Assembly: GCA_017463765.1 (NCBI GenBank)
Contig: JAFTON010000098.1
Coordinates: 1 to 55,187, forward strand
Direction of reading: 5' to 3'
Origin: Clostridia bacterium
GTDB lineage: Bacteria; Bacillota; Clostridia; Oscillospirales; CAG-272
Length of the DNA: 55,187 nucleotides
In this document: positions 45,616 through 55,106 of the stretch, piece after piece
Position numbering within the stretch: the first letter of the stretch is position 1
Layout of the letters: every line of letters starts with the position of its first letter
Translations under genes and position numbers: made by a program
The notes under the pieces: generated by a model
What the model was told of the DNA's origin: nothing
Seen by the model: only the letters and a program-made list of their open reading frames with translations
The model's database searches: none

Positions 45616-48069
45616 GTGAAAAAAGCAAAAGGAGGATCGGGCAGCTTCATGCACAAGGTGTCCGAATTTATCGTAGACAAACGTGGATTTATCTTCCTCG
45701 CAGTTATCATCGGTATTATTTTTTCTGCCTTCTCTATCGGTTGGGTCAAGGTGCAGAACGACCTTACCTCATTCCTGCCTGACAAGTCGGATTCCAAGGC
45801 AGGCGTTGACGTAATGATGGAGGAATTTACCCTGTTCGGCAGCGCGCAGATAATGGTTGCCAATATTTCTCTCGATAAGGCATGGGAAATTAAAGAACAG
45901 CTTGAGAATGTTGAAGGCATTACAATGGTGGATTTTGGTGAGGACAGCGCACGCTATAATAACGTGTCTGCATGTTACACTCTGAATTTCGCCTATGCAC
46001 AGAATGACGAGCGCTGCTCGGTTGCTCTCGACGAGGTAAAGCTGCTGTTAGACGGCTACGACAGCTATATCAGCTCGGATATAGGTAATCCTTTGGGGGA
46101 TATACTTAACGGCGAGATCATGCTGATTATGATAGTTGCAGTAGTGCTCATTATCACAATGCTTCTGTTAACATCAAAATCGGTTGTGGAGCTGCCTGTC
46201 ATACTGCTTACCTTCCTTGCAGCTATGATAATCAATATGGGTACTAACTTTATATACGGAGAAATTTCCTTCGTATCCAACACGGTAACGAGTCTTTTAC
46301 AGCTTGCACTGTCGCTTGACTATGCCGTTATTCTCATTAACAGGTTCCGTGAGGAATATGAAAGGCGAAGTCTTCACGATGCAGTGGTCGAGGCGCTTAC
46401 AAAAGCAGTGCCGGAGGTGTTCGGCAGCTCGCTTACCACGGTTGGCGGTCTGGCTGCAATGATGTGCATGCAGTTCAAGCTTGGTCCCGATATGGCGATG
46501 TGTCTTATTAAAGCAGTGCTGTTAGCTATGCTGTCGGTATTTATCGTTATGCCCGGTTTGCTTATGATATTCGGTAAGGCACTGAAAAAGACCGAGCATA
46601 AGAGTCTTATTCCCGACGTTTCCTTCATCGGTAAGTTTGCGTATAAGACGAGAAAGGTTGTTGTTCCTCTGTTCGTTGTTGTTATCATTGCAGCTATGCT
46701 TGTTTCGGGTGCATGCCCCTTCTCCTACGGTTACACCGATCAGGAGGCAGCAAAGATGAACGAGCAGACGCTTGCAAAAAAGATGATCACCGATAATTTC
46801 GGATCAACAAACATGGTTGCTCTTATCGTTCCTGCAGGTGATTATGAAAAGGAAGCAGAATTACTCAAGGCTCTTGAAGCAAGAGAAGAGGTTTCAAGCA
46901 CTATGGGACTTGCCAATACCGTCGCTATGGACGGCTATACACTGGCATCAGGACTTAATCCAAGGCAATTTTCCGAGCTTGCAGGACTTGACTACGAGAT
47001 AGCAAGCGTTGTTTATGCTGCATACGCTGCAACGCAAGAGGATTACGGCGCAATAATCAATAATCTGTCTGCGTACGAAGTACCTCTTATAGATATCTTC
47101 CTGTTCGTAAGCGAGCAGATTGACTCGGGACTGGTTAGCATTGAGGGAGAGCAGGCAGAAATGCTCGCTTCGGCAAAGGAGCTTATGGGAACGGCTAAGG
47201 ATATGCTTGTAGGCGAAAACTTTGACAGAATGGTTGTTTACCTCAATCTTCCTTCAGACGGAGAAGAGGTGTTCAGCTTCCTTGATGAAATGAAGTCTAT
47301 AGCTAAAAGCTACTATGAGGACGGCGAGGTTTATATTGTAGGTAACGCCACCACTGCCAAGGATTTCAAGGAATCATTCGTTGTTGACAACATAGTTGTT
47401 GCAGCAGTTTCTATCATAACGGTGCTTTTCGTATTACTGCTCTCCTTCAAATCCATAGTGATGCCCGTTATTCTGATCCTTATAATTCAGGGCGCAATAT
47501 GGATCAATTTCTCTATTCCCACGCTTCTTGACACTCCCCTGTTCTTCCTTGGATATATAATTATCTCGGCAATACAGATGGGCGCAAATATAGACTACGC
47601 AATCGTTATTGCAACAAGATATAACGAAGTAAAGGGAGAAATGTCTCCTCGTGATGCAATTATCGAAACTATGAGCTTCGCATTCCCCACCGTAATTACG
47701 TCGGGTACTATAATGTCTGTGGCAGGTCTGCTTATAGGATATATGTCCTCAGAGGCTACTATATCCAGCCTTGGCTTGAACCTGGGACGTGGAACGATAA
47801 TTTCAATTATCCTCGTTCTGTTCGTGCTTCCCCAGTTCCTGCTTGTAAGCGACAAGCTTGTGGATAAAACCAGCTTCAATATTTTCAAGAAGAAGGAAGC
47901 TACGGATGCAAGGCTTGACGGAAGAGTGCGCCTTTGCGGTCAGGTTAGTGGTGAGATAAACGGAAGGATTGAAGGAGTTGTAGACGGAATAATTGACGGA
48001 AATGTAAATCTAACCTTACATTCAGGTAAAATAGTTGAGAAAAAGGAGGAAAACAATGATGATGAATAA
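45616..48069 (+). CDS. MMPL/RND-superfamily transporter
   Basis: Two repeats of 1+5 TM segments; LQLALSLDYAVIL and IQMGANIDYAIV motifs; GGAGG RBS with GTG 45616. Confidence 0.88.
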   Translation: MKKAKGGSGSFMHKVSEFIVDKRGFIFLAVIIGIIFSAFSIGWVKVQNDLTSFLPDKSDSKAGVDVMMEEFTLFGSAQIMVANISLDKAWEIKEQLENVEGITMVDFGEDSARYNNVSACYTLNFAYAQNDERCSVALDEVKLLLDGYDSYISSDIGNPLGDILNGEIMLIMIVAVVLIITMLLLTSKSVVELPVILLTFLAAMIINMGTNFIYGEISFVSNTVTSLLQLALSLDYAVILINRFREEYERRSLHDAVVEALTKAVPEVFGSSLTTVGGLAAMMCMQFKLGPDMAMCLIKAVLLAMLSVFIVMPGLLMIFGKALKKTEHKSLIPDVSFIGKFAYKTRKVVVPLFVVVIIAAMLVSGACPFSYGYTDQEAAKMNEQTLAKKMITDNFGSTNMVALIVPAGDYEKEAELLKALEAREEVSSTMGLANTVAMDGYTLASGLNPRQFSELAGLDYEIASVVYAAYAATQEDYGAIINNLSAYEVPLIDIFLFVSEQIDSGLVSIEGEQAEMLASAKELMGTAKDMLVGENFDRMVVYLNLPSDGEEVFSFLDEMKSIAKSYYEDGEVYIVGNATTAKDFKESFVVDNIVVAAVSIITVLFVLLLSFKSIVMPVILILIIQGAIWINFSIPTLLDTPLFFLGYIIISAIQMGANIDYAIVIATRYNEVKGEMSPRDAIIETMSFAFPTVITSGTIMSVAGLLIGYMSSEATISSLGLNLGRGTIISIILVLFVLPQFLLVSDKLVDKTSFNIFKKKEATDARLDGRVRLCGQVSGEINGRIEGVVDGIIDGNVNLTLHSGKIVEKKEENNDDE

Positions 48070-51000
48070 AAAGAAATATGTTGCATTAAATTTATCCATT
48101 TGTATTATTTTCAGCCTTTTAATACAGTTAATATTACCTACCGTAGCGTTTGCAGGTGAAGAAACGATATATATCGGAAGCGCAGAAGAACTTATCAGCT
48201 TTGCAAAAAAATGCTCCTATGATGCCTTCTCGATTGGAAAAAACGTTCTGCTCACAAATGATATTTCACTAAAGGATACAGGCTTTGAACCTATAGCAAC
48301 ATTTGGTGGCACCTTTGACGGTCAGGGTCATACGATAAGTGGACTTGAGCTTTCAGGTGCATACTCCCCTGTCGGTCTGTTCTCCACGATTGGAAAGGAG
48401 GCAACCGTTAAGAACCTTAAGGTCAACGGTGTGATTTCACCCAGTGGTGACAAGGGCTACGTCGGTGGTATTGCAGGTGACAACAGTGGTCGGATTGAAA
48501 ACTGCGAATTCGCAGGTACTGTAATCGGGTCTGATGACGTTGGAGGTATTACGGGTATAAACAGAGTCAGTGGAAGCATTTCGGGCTGCAGTGTCAGTGG
48601 CGAGATAATCGGTGAAAACCGTACCGGTGGTATTGCGGGAAGTAACGAAGGTCTTATTTCCGACTGTCAGAACTATGCAAAGATAAATACCATAAGTGTT
48701 ACTCCTACCCTATCGCTTGATGAAATCAATCTGTCGCTTACGCTTGATATATCCAAGCTTCCCTCCCTCAACAATATGACGATGAGCGATACAGGCGGTA
48801 TATCGGGTTACTCTGTCGGAATAATTATCGGATGCGAAAACCTGGGTGACGTTGGTTATCCACATATCGGCTATAACGTAGGTGGAATTGTCGGAAGAAG
48901 CACAGGTCACCTCGCCGGTAACAAAAACAGTGCTACAGTTAACGGTCGAAAGGACGTTGGGGGCATTGCAGGACAGATAGAGCCATACGTAAGATATGAA
49001 TTGTCCGAGGATCTTCTTGCTTCGCTGAAAGCCGAGCTTGACAAGCTTGGATCTACGGTAAACGGTGTTGTAGGATCTGCAGGTGAAGGTATTCCCGGTA
49101 TCTCATCAAGGCTCAATACAATTCTCACCAATATCGACGGTGCAACCGATGCAATTGACAAGATAATCAAGGACGGCAGTGATTACGGCGAGGATTTTCT
49201 CGGTGAGATAAACAGAGTCAGCGAGATCGTAAGCGAGGTAATCTCACAGCTGTCCGGAATTACAGACGAGCTTCCTACGCTTGCAGAAATTCTCGGCGGC
49301 AGTCTTACAGATCTGGAGGAGTCTCTTACAAACCTTCAGGAATTTTCCCAAATCAGCGAAGGAATGCTTACAAGCATAATCGGTGCAAGCGAGGATGTGT
49401 CAAAGGCATTCAATCTTATCGGTTCCAGCATTGATAACATTAATATCGGTCTCGGAGAGCTTGAAAAATCAATTACGGTTAAGGACAGTGCTGCTGCAAA
49501 GAATGCTGTACGTAAGATTTCAGACAATCTAAGTGGATTTATTTCTGCTACAGACAGCTTTACCACAGCCCTTAACGGAATGTCAAAAATCCTTGACGAT
49601 GCTCCCTGGATGGATGAGGTGGTTTCGGAAATCTCAGGCTTTGTTACCGTGCTTGGCGAGATATCTGACGCCGTTTCGGTTATTTATGAAGCCACGCTTG
49701 AAATAGATGAAAACATCGACGTTTACTGGAGGAAAATAGAAGAGGCAGGTGACGGTGCCGTTACTGCCGTAGGTCATTTCGCAGATATGGCAAAAAGCCT
49801 TGCTGAAGCTATTGAACTTATGGACAGTGGCATAGATAAAATTGAGTCGGGTCTTGAGAAGCTTTATGACTCTGTAATAATCAATAATCCCGATGAGATT
49901 AAGACTGCGACAAAGGATATCGGTGACGGTATCAATCTTGTAATTGATGCATCGGGCAAGGCAGGTCTTGCTCTTTCCGAGATTTCAGAGACGGTAAAGG
50001 GACTTAACGAAGAGTCCGAGTTGTCCGAAGTATTTTCGGTTTTGTCCGACGCATTCGGTAATCTTGCCGAGTCGGGTAGCGAGATGAGCGATGCAGTATC
50101 TAAGCTGGGCAGTGGAATTTCCACTGTATTGAATAATGTTTCTGTAAACTTTGACGGACTCGAAGAGGGTGGCTCTCTTGTAATAGGTGGTGCAGGCGAT
50201 ATAGCAGATTCCATGGAAAAAATAAAGCTTGCAGCCAAATCCATGAGCGACGGAATGATATCACTTAAAAATGCTGTAACTGCTTTAAACGAAGCAGTTG
50301 AGGTTAAGGACGAGGAAAAGCTTTCTGAGGCCTTTGAAACAGCGCACAAAGCCCTCGGTGATATTGTAGAAGGAGCTAAGGAGCTTACCTCAATTCTGAA
50401 GGATATGTCAAAAACCCTGGCTGAAGCAAAGGTATGGGGTGACAGCCTTATTGACGGTATCGGAGAAGCTACCGAGGCACTTACCGAAATGTCGGGTGCG
50501 CTTGTACTTGTGCAGGAGGGGATAGACTCGCTTCGCAACAATGTTTCATTTGAATTATCAAATGCGAAGGAAGGGCTCAGCTACATCCGAAGAGGACTTT
50601 CTGCTATGTCTCTGGCAGCCTTCAGCCTGAAGGATAGCTTCTCGCATATTTCCGAGGCTCTCACACGGCTTGACAGTGGGTCGGAATACCTGAACGGTGC
50701 GATCTCCGATATTAAGGATTGCATCGGTGGCATAGGAGATGCAATGGACAGTATTGCTCTTATTTCTGAAAAGCTCAAAGATATGGTAAGCTATCTTAAG
50801 GGCGTTGATACAATTCAGCTGCCTACTCCTCCCGAAAGCATTACTGCTACGGCAAACCAACTGTTTATCTATATCTCTGCTATTGAAAACGAGCTGAAAT
50901 ATCTTAACACAGATCTTACCGGTCTCAGTAGCGATATTATTGCTCAGATTGGTAAAATAAACGAGATTTTCGGGGATATTTCGGATAATATTGTTAGCAT

Positions 51001-52378
51001 CATTTACAGCCTTAACGACGGAAGCTTTATTGACAGCAACGTCAGCGAGGAGGAAATCGACTCGATAACACAAGGCAAGCTGTTTAACTGCATTAATACA
51101 GGTGATGTTCACGGAGACAAAAATGTTGGTGGTATCGGTGGAACTATGGGGCTTGAATATACACTTGATCCCGAGGACGATCTGTCAGGCGAGCTTTCGG
51201 TAACCCAGAAAAAGCAATACAAGCTTAAGGCTATCATTCACATGTGTCACAACGAAGGTGACGTTACCTCAAAATACGATTGCGTCGGTGGAATTGTCGG
51301 AAAGATGGATCTCGGCCTTATCTATGGCTGCGAAGCATACTGCACCGTTGAGAATCAATCGGGCAGTTACGTAGGTGGTATTGCAGGTATAACCTCAGGT
51401 CTTATTTCTCAATGCTTTGCAAAGAGCTCGCTCTACGGTTCCAAGTACGTAGGTGGCATTGTTGGCTCGGGTGTAAGCGAAAGCTATTCGGGTGACTCCA
51501 GCATGGTGAGAAACTGCTACTCCATGGTATACATCATGAGATATACTCAGTATGCAGGTGCAATATCCGGATATAATTCGGGCGAGTTCAGCGAAAATCT
51601 GTTTGTATCCGATACTCTGGCAGGAATCGACCGTGTCAGCTATCTCGGAAAGGCTGAGCCTATTTCCTACGAGGATCTTATCAAGAGAAGAAGCATTCCC
51701 GATGAATTTCATCGCTTTACACTGGAATTTGTAGCCGACGGCGAAGTAATCAAATCCTTCAAATTTGAATACGGAAGCTCATTTGACAGCTCGGTATTCC
51801 CCGAGATTCCCGAGAAAAAAGGCTACTACGGTTATTGGGATGTGACAAATCTTCAGCATCTTGTATTTGATACTACGGTAAGCGTCATCTATAAACCGTA
51901 TATAACTGCTATCGGAAGTGGCGAAAGCCGTGATGACGGACGCGAGATATTCTTTGTTCAGGGTGAATTTGTCGAGGGCGATGCTGTTTCGGCAGAAAAG
52001 GGCTGTGACACGTCCGGGCTTTCCCTGACCGAGAAGTTCTTTACAAAAGACCTGCTGATAGAAAGCTGGGTGCTGAATATTCCGAAGGATAATCCAGACG
52101 TAAACAATATTCATTTTCTCCCGGAAAATGATCATGCAAGAATCTTTATCAAGCTGAACGGTGCATGGCAGCAGATTGACACCACCGAGTTCGGAAGCTA
52201 TCTGACCTTTGACGTAAGTGGCGAAAAAATCGAGATTGCAGTCGTGGAGCATTCGGTAAAGCTTGTGCCTATCTTGCTTATCGGTGCAGGCGTACTTGCA
52301 GTGTTGGCAGTGGTAATCGTTATTTGCACTATCGCACGCAGAAAAAAGAAAAAGAATATATCGATTAAAGAAAAATAA
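48056..52378 (+). CDS. giant surface protein: GLUG-type GGI(A/V)G beta-helix interrupted by a long helical repeat region, C-terminal TM anchor
   Basis: Signal peptide ending AFA; FGGTFDGQGHTISGL; many VGGIAG repeats in both N- and C-terminal parts; central heptad-rich region; TM helix plus RRKKKK; overlaps the MMPL stop. Confidence 0.75.
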   Translation: MMMNKKKYVALNLSICIIFSLLIQLILPTVAFAGEETIYIGSAEELISFAKKCSYDAFSIGKNVLLTNDISLKDTGFEPIATFGGTFDGQGHTISGLELSGAYSPVGLFSTIGKEATVKNLKVNGVISPSGDKGYVGGIAGDNSGRIENCEFAGTVIGSDDVGGITGINRVSGSISGCSVSGEIIGENRTGGIAGSNEGLISDCQNYAKINTISVTPTLSLDEINLSLTLDISKLPSLNNMTMSDTGGISGYSVGIIIGCENLGDVGYPHIGYNVGGIVGRSTGHLAGNKNSATVNGRKDVGGIAGQIEPYVRYELSEDLLASLKAELDKLGSTVNGVVGSAGEGIPGISSRLNTILTNIDGATDAIDKIIKDGSDYGEDFLGEINRVSEIVSEVISQLSGITDELPTLAEILGGSLTDLEESLTNLQEFSQISEGMLTSIIGASEDVSKAFNLIGSSIDNINIGLGELEKSITVKDSAAAKNAVRKISDNLSGFISATDSFTTALNGMSKILDDAPWMDEVVSEISGFVTVLGEISDAVSVIYEATLEIDENIDVYWRKIEEAGDGAVTAVGHFADMAKSLAEAIELMDSGIDKIESGLEKLYDSVIINNPDEIKTATKDIGDGINLVIDASGKAGLALSEISETVKGLNEESELSEVFSVLSDAFGNLAESGSEMSDAVSKLGSGISTVLNNVSVNFDGLEEGGSLVIGGAGDIADSMEKIKLAAKSMSDGMISLKNAVTALNEAVEVKDEEKLSEAFETAHKALGDIVEGAKELTSILKDMSKTLAEAKVWGDSLIDGIGEATEALTEMSGALVLVQEGIDSLRNNVSFELSNAKEGLSYIRRGLSAMSLAAFSLKDSFSHISEALTRLDSGSEYLNGAISDIKDCIGGIGDAMDSIALISEKLKDMVSYLKGVDTIQLPTPPESITATANQLFIYISAIENELKYLNTDLTGLSSDIIAQIGKINEIFGDISDNIVSIIYSLNDGSFIDSNVSEEEIDSITQGKLFNCINTGDVHGDKNVGGIGGTMGLEYTLDPEDDLSGELSVTQKKQYKLKAIIHMCHNEGDVTSKYDCVGGIVGKMDLGLIYGCEAYCTVENQSGSYVGGIAGITSGLISQCFAKSSLYGSKYVGGIVGSGVSESYSGDSSMVRNCYSMVYIMRYTQYAGAISGYNSGEFSENLFVSDTLAGIDRVSYLGKAEPISYEDLIKRRSIPDEFHRFTLEFVADGEVIKSFKFEYGSSFDSSVFPEIPEKKGYYGYWDVTNLQHLVFDTTVSVIYKPYITAIGSGESRDDGREIFFVQGEFVEGDAVSAEKGCDTSGLSLTEKFFTKDLLIESWVLNIPKDNPDVNNIHFLPENDHARIFIKLNGAWQQIDTTEFGSYLTFDVSGEKIEIAVVEHSVKLVPILLIGAGVLAVLAVVIVICTIARRKKKKNISIKEK

Positions 52379-52383
52379 AAAGG

Positions 52384-52413
52384 AATCGCCGTGGTTTATG
52401 CCACGGCGATTTT
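52384..52413. terminator. bidirectional terminator
   Basis: AATCGCCGTGG / CCACGGCGATT followed by T-run. Confidence 0.78.
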
Positions 52414-52431
52414 ATGATACAAATAAATATT

Positions 52432-53790
52432 CTATAGCTGCTTATTAAAGAATGAAAGCATGTAGACTTCATTCTGCTTAACCGACAGGGCGAGACGGCC
52501 GGATGAGATGTCAACATCCTTTGAACGATAGACCGAGCCCTTTCCACGCGTGCCACCCGGAACCGTTTTGGAAACCGTACAGGTATTGAAGGGCGAGTCG
52601 ATAAGAATAAGCTCTACCTTACCCTCGAAGCCTCTCGTAACCATCATCATAGCACCGTCGGTACCGTCTGTGGCTGCAAGAGAATACAGTTCCTTACGGT
52701 AATCGTCTCCCGTGTCAATTGCAGTACCGAGCTTATTCAGCTTGGCAAAATAACACATTACACCGTAAGAGGCGTAATGATGAGGAGTGATGTGATCATC
52801 CATTGAAAACAGTGCATTTTCTCTCGAATAAACGTCGGAGGATGAATACATCATCATATCGGCAGGCGATTTCTGCGCCATAATAAGTGCTGCGCCAAGC
52901 TCAGACGGAATGCCCTCCTTCAAGGCAGGTGGAGTTCCACCGCGATCAACCGTGTTATACTCGCAAATTATGCTTCGCGTTTTCCTGAGTCCTGCAGTAT
53001 CAAGATAGGTTCTGGCATACTTGGCATGCATAGCCAGCTCCTCGGGACTGGTGGTATAGCAGGCCCAAGTGAAGAAATCAAGTGGTGCATAGGTATTTGG
53101 CGAGGTTATGTAGGAGAAGAACTGCTGCATAAAGGGAACGTAGCTCTTCATTTCCTCAGTGGCGTTAAGACGGTTCAGGGAATAGAAGCCACGGGCACCG
53201 TATGCGCCGATCTTAATCTTTGGGAAGCATTGGTGAAGATGATTTGCAGTGATACGATAAAGCTCAAAATATTCCTGTCTCGTGCCTGCAAAGCATTCGT
53301 AGGAGTCGGGAGCAGACCATATTTCCCAATATTTTATACCAAGCTTAAAGCCGTTTGCCCAGCCCTCGTTATAGTGAAGAACAATATGCTCGCAAATCCT
53401 CGCCCATTTTTCAGCATCACGGGGAGGCCTTGCATAAAGCTTTTTCGAATACGGTTCCCTGCCCTCTCCAAGTCTGAAGAATATACCTGCACCGGTGTTA
53501 CGGATGGATGCAAGGTAAAGATCGGTTGGCAGAAAGTTATAGGATTCCTCAAGTTCTTCGTCTGCATCAAAGTCGGGGAAAATACAGTGAATATTAATGT
53601 ACTGATTAAGTCCGTACTCTCCTGCAGAGCCTACGGTTCTTACAAGGGGAACACCCATCTCGCTGAACTCGTCACTGAAATCAAATGGCAGATCATAACC
53701 ACCCGAGCGAGGGCCACCGTTTATACAGTTAAGCGGCTTTATCCTGCCACTTTTTTTATTAAAGTCTATTCTTATATCCTTTTTAGACAT
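52432..53790 (-). CDS. GH39-like (clan GH-A) glycoside hydrolase homologue with degenerate active site
   Basis: IHCIFPDFDAD, FFRLGE, KWARICEHIVLHYNEGWANGF, YWEIW-SAP-D, ICEYN. Confidence 0.75.
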   Translation of the reverse strand: MSKKDIRIDFNKKSGRIKPLNCINGGPRSGGYDLPFDFSDEFSEMGVPLVRTVGSAGEYGLNQYINIHCIFPDFDADEELEESYNFLPTDLYLASIRNTGAGIFFRLGEGREPYSKKLYARPPRDAEKWARICEHIVLHYNEGWANGFKLGIKYWEIWSAPDSYECFAGTRQEYFELYRITANHLHQCFPKIKIGAYGARGFYSLNRLNATEEMKSYVPFMQQFFSYITSPNTYAPLDFFTWACYTTSPEELAMHAKYARTYLDTAGLRKTRSIICEYNTVDRGGTPPALKEGIPSELGAALIMAQKSPADMMMYSSSDVYSRENALFSMDDHITPHHYASYGVMCYFAKLNKLGTAIDTGDDYRKELYSLAATDGTDGAMMMVTRGFEGKVELILIDSPFNTCTVSKTVPGGTRGKGSVYRSKDVDISSGRLALSVKQNEVYMLSFFNKQL

Positions 53791-53970
53791 ATCACAGCCG
53801 CCTTTCTTTTTTCTAATAATATTTTAACAAAAATACCTGTTGATTGTCAAGTGCTTTCGGCTGTCTATATTTCTCTTTTTTTCTTATTTTTTGTCAAAAG
53901 AGAAATATGCTTATTGCAAAAAGTGAAAGCGTCTGCTATAATAGTATTAAGAAATATCGGGAGGCTAAAA

Positions 53971-54963
53971 ATGATAAAAAGCTTTAATATTAAATTCACT
54001 GCTCTGCTGCTGTCGATAGTTATACTTCTGTCGATACTCTGTGGCTGCAGACCTGTTATAAGCCTTGAGGAGATACCCGACTATACACGGTATGCCTACG
54101 TTGAGATAAACGGTGGCAATCCATTCTTCGAGGAAAATGAAATAACCGACGACTCATTCGAAAAATATTCGCCACTTGATGCACTCGGACGGTGTGGAGT
54201 TGCCTTTGCCTGTCTCGGCATTGATCTTATGCCTACAGAGGAAAGAGGCGAGATCGCCTCGGTAACCCCTACGGGATGGGAGTACGGTGGAATATCCAAT
54301 AACAATCAGTATGATTTTGTTGAAAACGAATACGTTTATAACCGTTGCCATCTTATAGGCTTCCAGCTTGCAGGCGAAAATGATAACGAAAGAAATCTGA
54401 TAACCGGCACAAGATATATGAACATAGAGGGTATGCTCCCCTTCGAAAATCTGGTTGCAGAATATATTGAAGATACCGAAAATCACGTAATGTACAGAGT
54501 CACACCAATATTCAACGGTCTTGACTACGTTGCACGTGGCGTTCTGATGGAGGGATATTCGGTCGAGGATAACGGACGTGGCATTTGCTTCTGCATTTAT
54601 GCATATAACGTTCAACCGGGTGTTTACATAGATTACTTCACCGGTGTTAACGTATTGAGTGGTGATCCACTGCCCGAGATTGATACTGAAAACGATGACA
54701 GAAACCAGGTTGCAGGAGGTGATCAGGAAACAGAAAAGCCTGATGACAACACCTCTGACGATACAGGCAACGAAAAAGAGGATCCCGGAAACTCCGATGC
54801 AGAGCACTGCGACTACGTAATCAACAAGAAAAGTGGTAAATTTCATATTCCCGGAAAAAGCTGTGCCGAGAGTATAAAGGAAGAAAACAGAGAATATTTC
54901 TCGGGAACACGGGAGGAGCTGATTGAGATGAATTACAGCCCCTGTGGAACCTGCAGACCATAA
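53971..54963 (+). CDS. DNA/RNA non-specific endonuclease (EndA-like) lipoprotein with C-terminal Cys/His metal-binding domain
   Basis: GGAGG RBS, ATG 53971, LCG-C lipobox; LDALGRCG, YNRCHLIG, NLITGTRYMN, MLPFEN, YRVTP; tail KFH...C...PCGTC. Confidence 0.88.
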   Translation: MIKSFNIKFTALLLSIVILLSILCGCRPVISLEEIPDYTRYAYVEINGGNPFFEENEITDDSFEKYSPLDALGRCGVAFACLGIDLMPTEERGEIASVTPTGWEYGGISNNNQYDFVENEYVYNRCHLIGFQLAGENDNERNLITGTRYMNIEGMLPFENLVAEYIEDTENHVMYRVTPIFNGLDYVARGVLMEGYSVEDNGRGICFCIYAYNVQPGVYIDYFTGVNVLSGDPLPEIDTENDDRNQVAGGDQETEKPDDNTSDDTGNEKEDPGNSDAEHCDYVINKKSGKFHIPGKSCAESIKEENREYFSGTREELIEMNYSPCGTCRP

Positions 54964-55007
54964 GCTGCTTAGATTAAAGGGGCTGCTTTATTTAGGCATA
55001 ACCGAAC

Positions 55008-55043
55008 AAAAAAGGTAGAGGTACTCTTAAATGTGCCTCTACC
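55008..55043 (-). terminator. terminator-like hairpin
   Basis: GGTAGAGG / CCTCTACC stem with A-run on the plus strand. Confidence 0.55.
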
Positions 55044-55061
55044 ATAAATATTTATCTAACC

Positions 55062-55106
55062 GAGAAAATCTAAGGTTGAAAACCTATGGTTTTCTCCTTT
55101 TTATTT
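55062..55106 (+). terminator. terminator-like hairpin
   Basis: GAGAAAATC..AGGTT-GAA-AACCT..GGTTTTCTC followed by CTTTTTATTT. Confidence 0.5.

Noticed and set aside
53026-53970. N-terminal 315 aa of the 645-aa ORF
   Set aside because: It lies antisense to the GH39-like gene and crosses the intergenic region; the real nuclease starts at ATG 53971 with an RBS and signal peptide.
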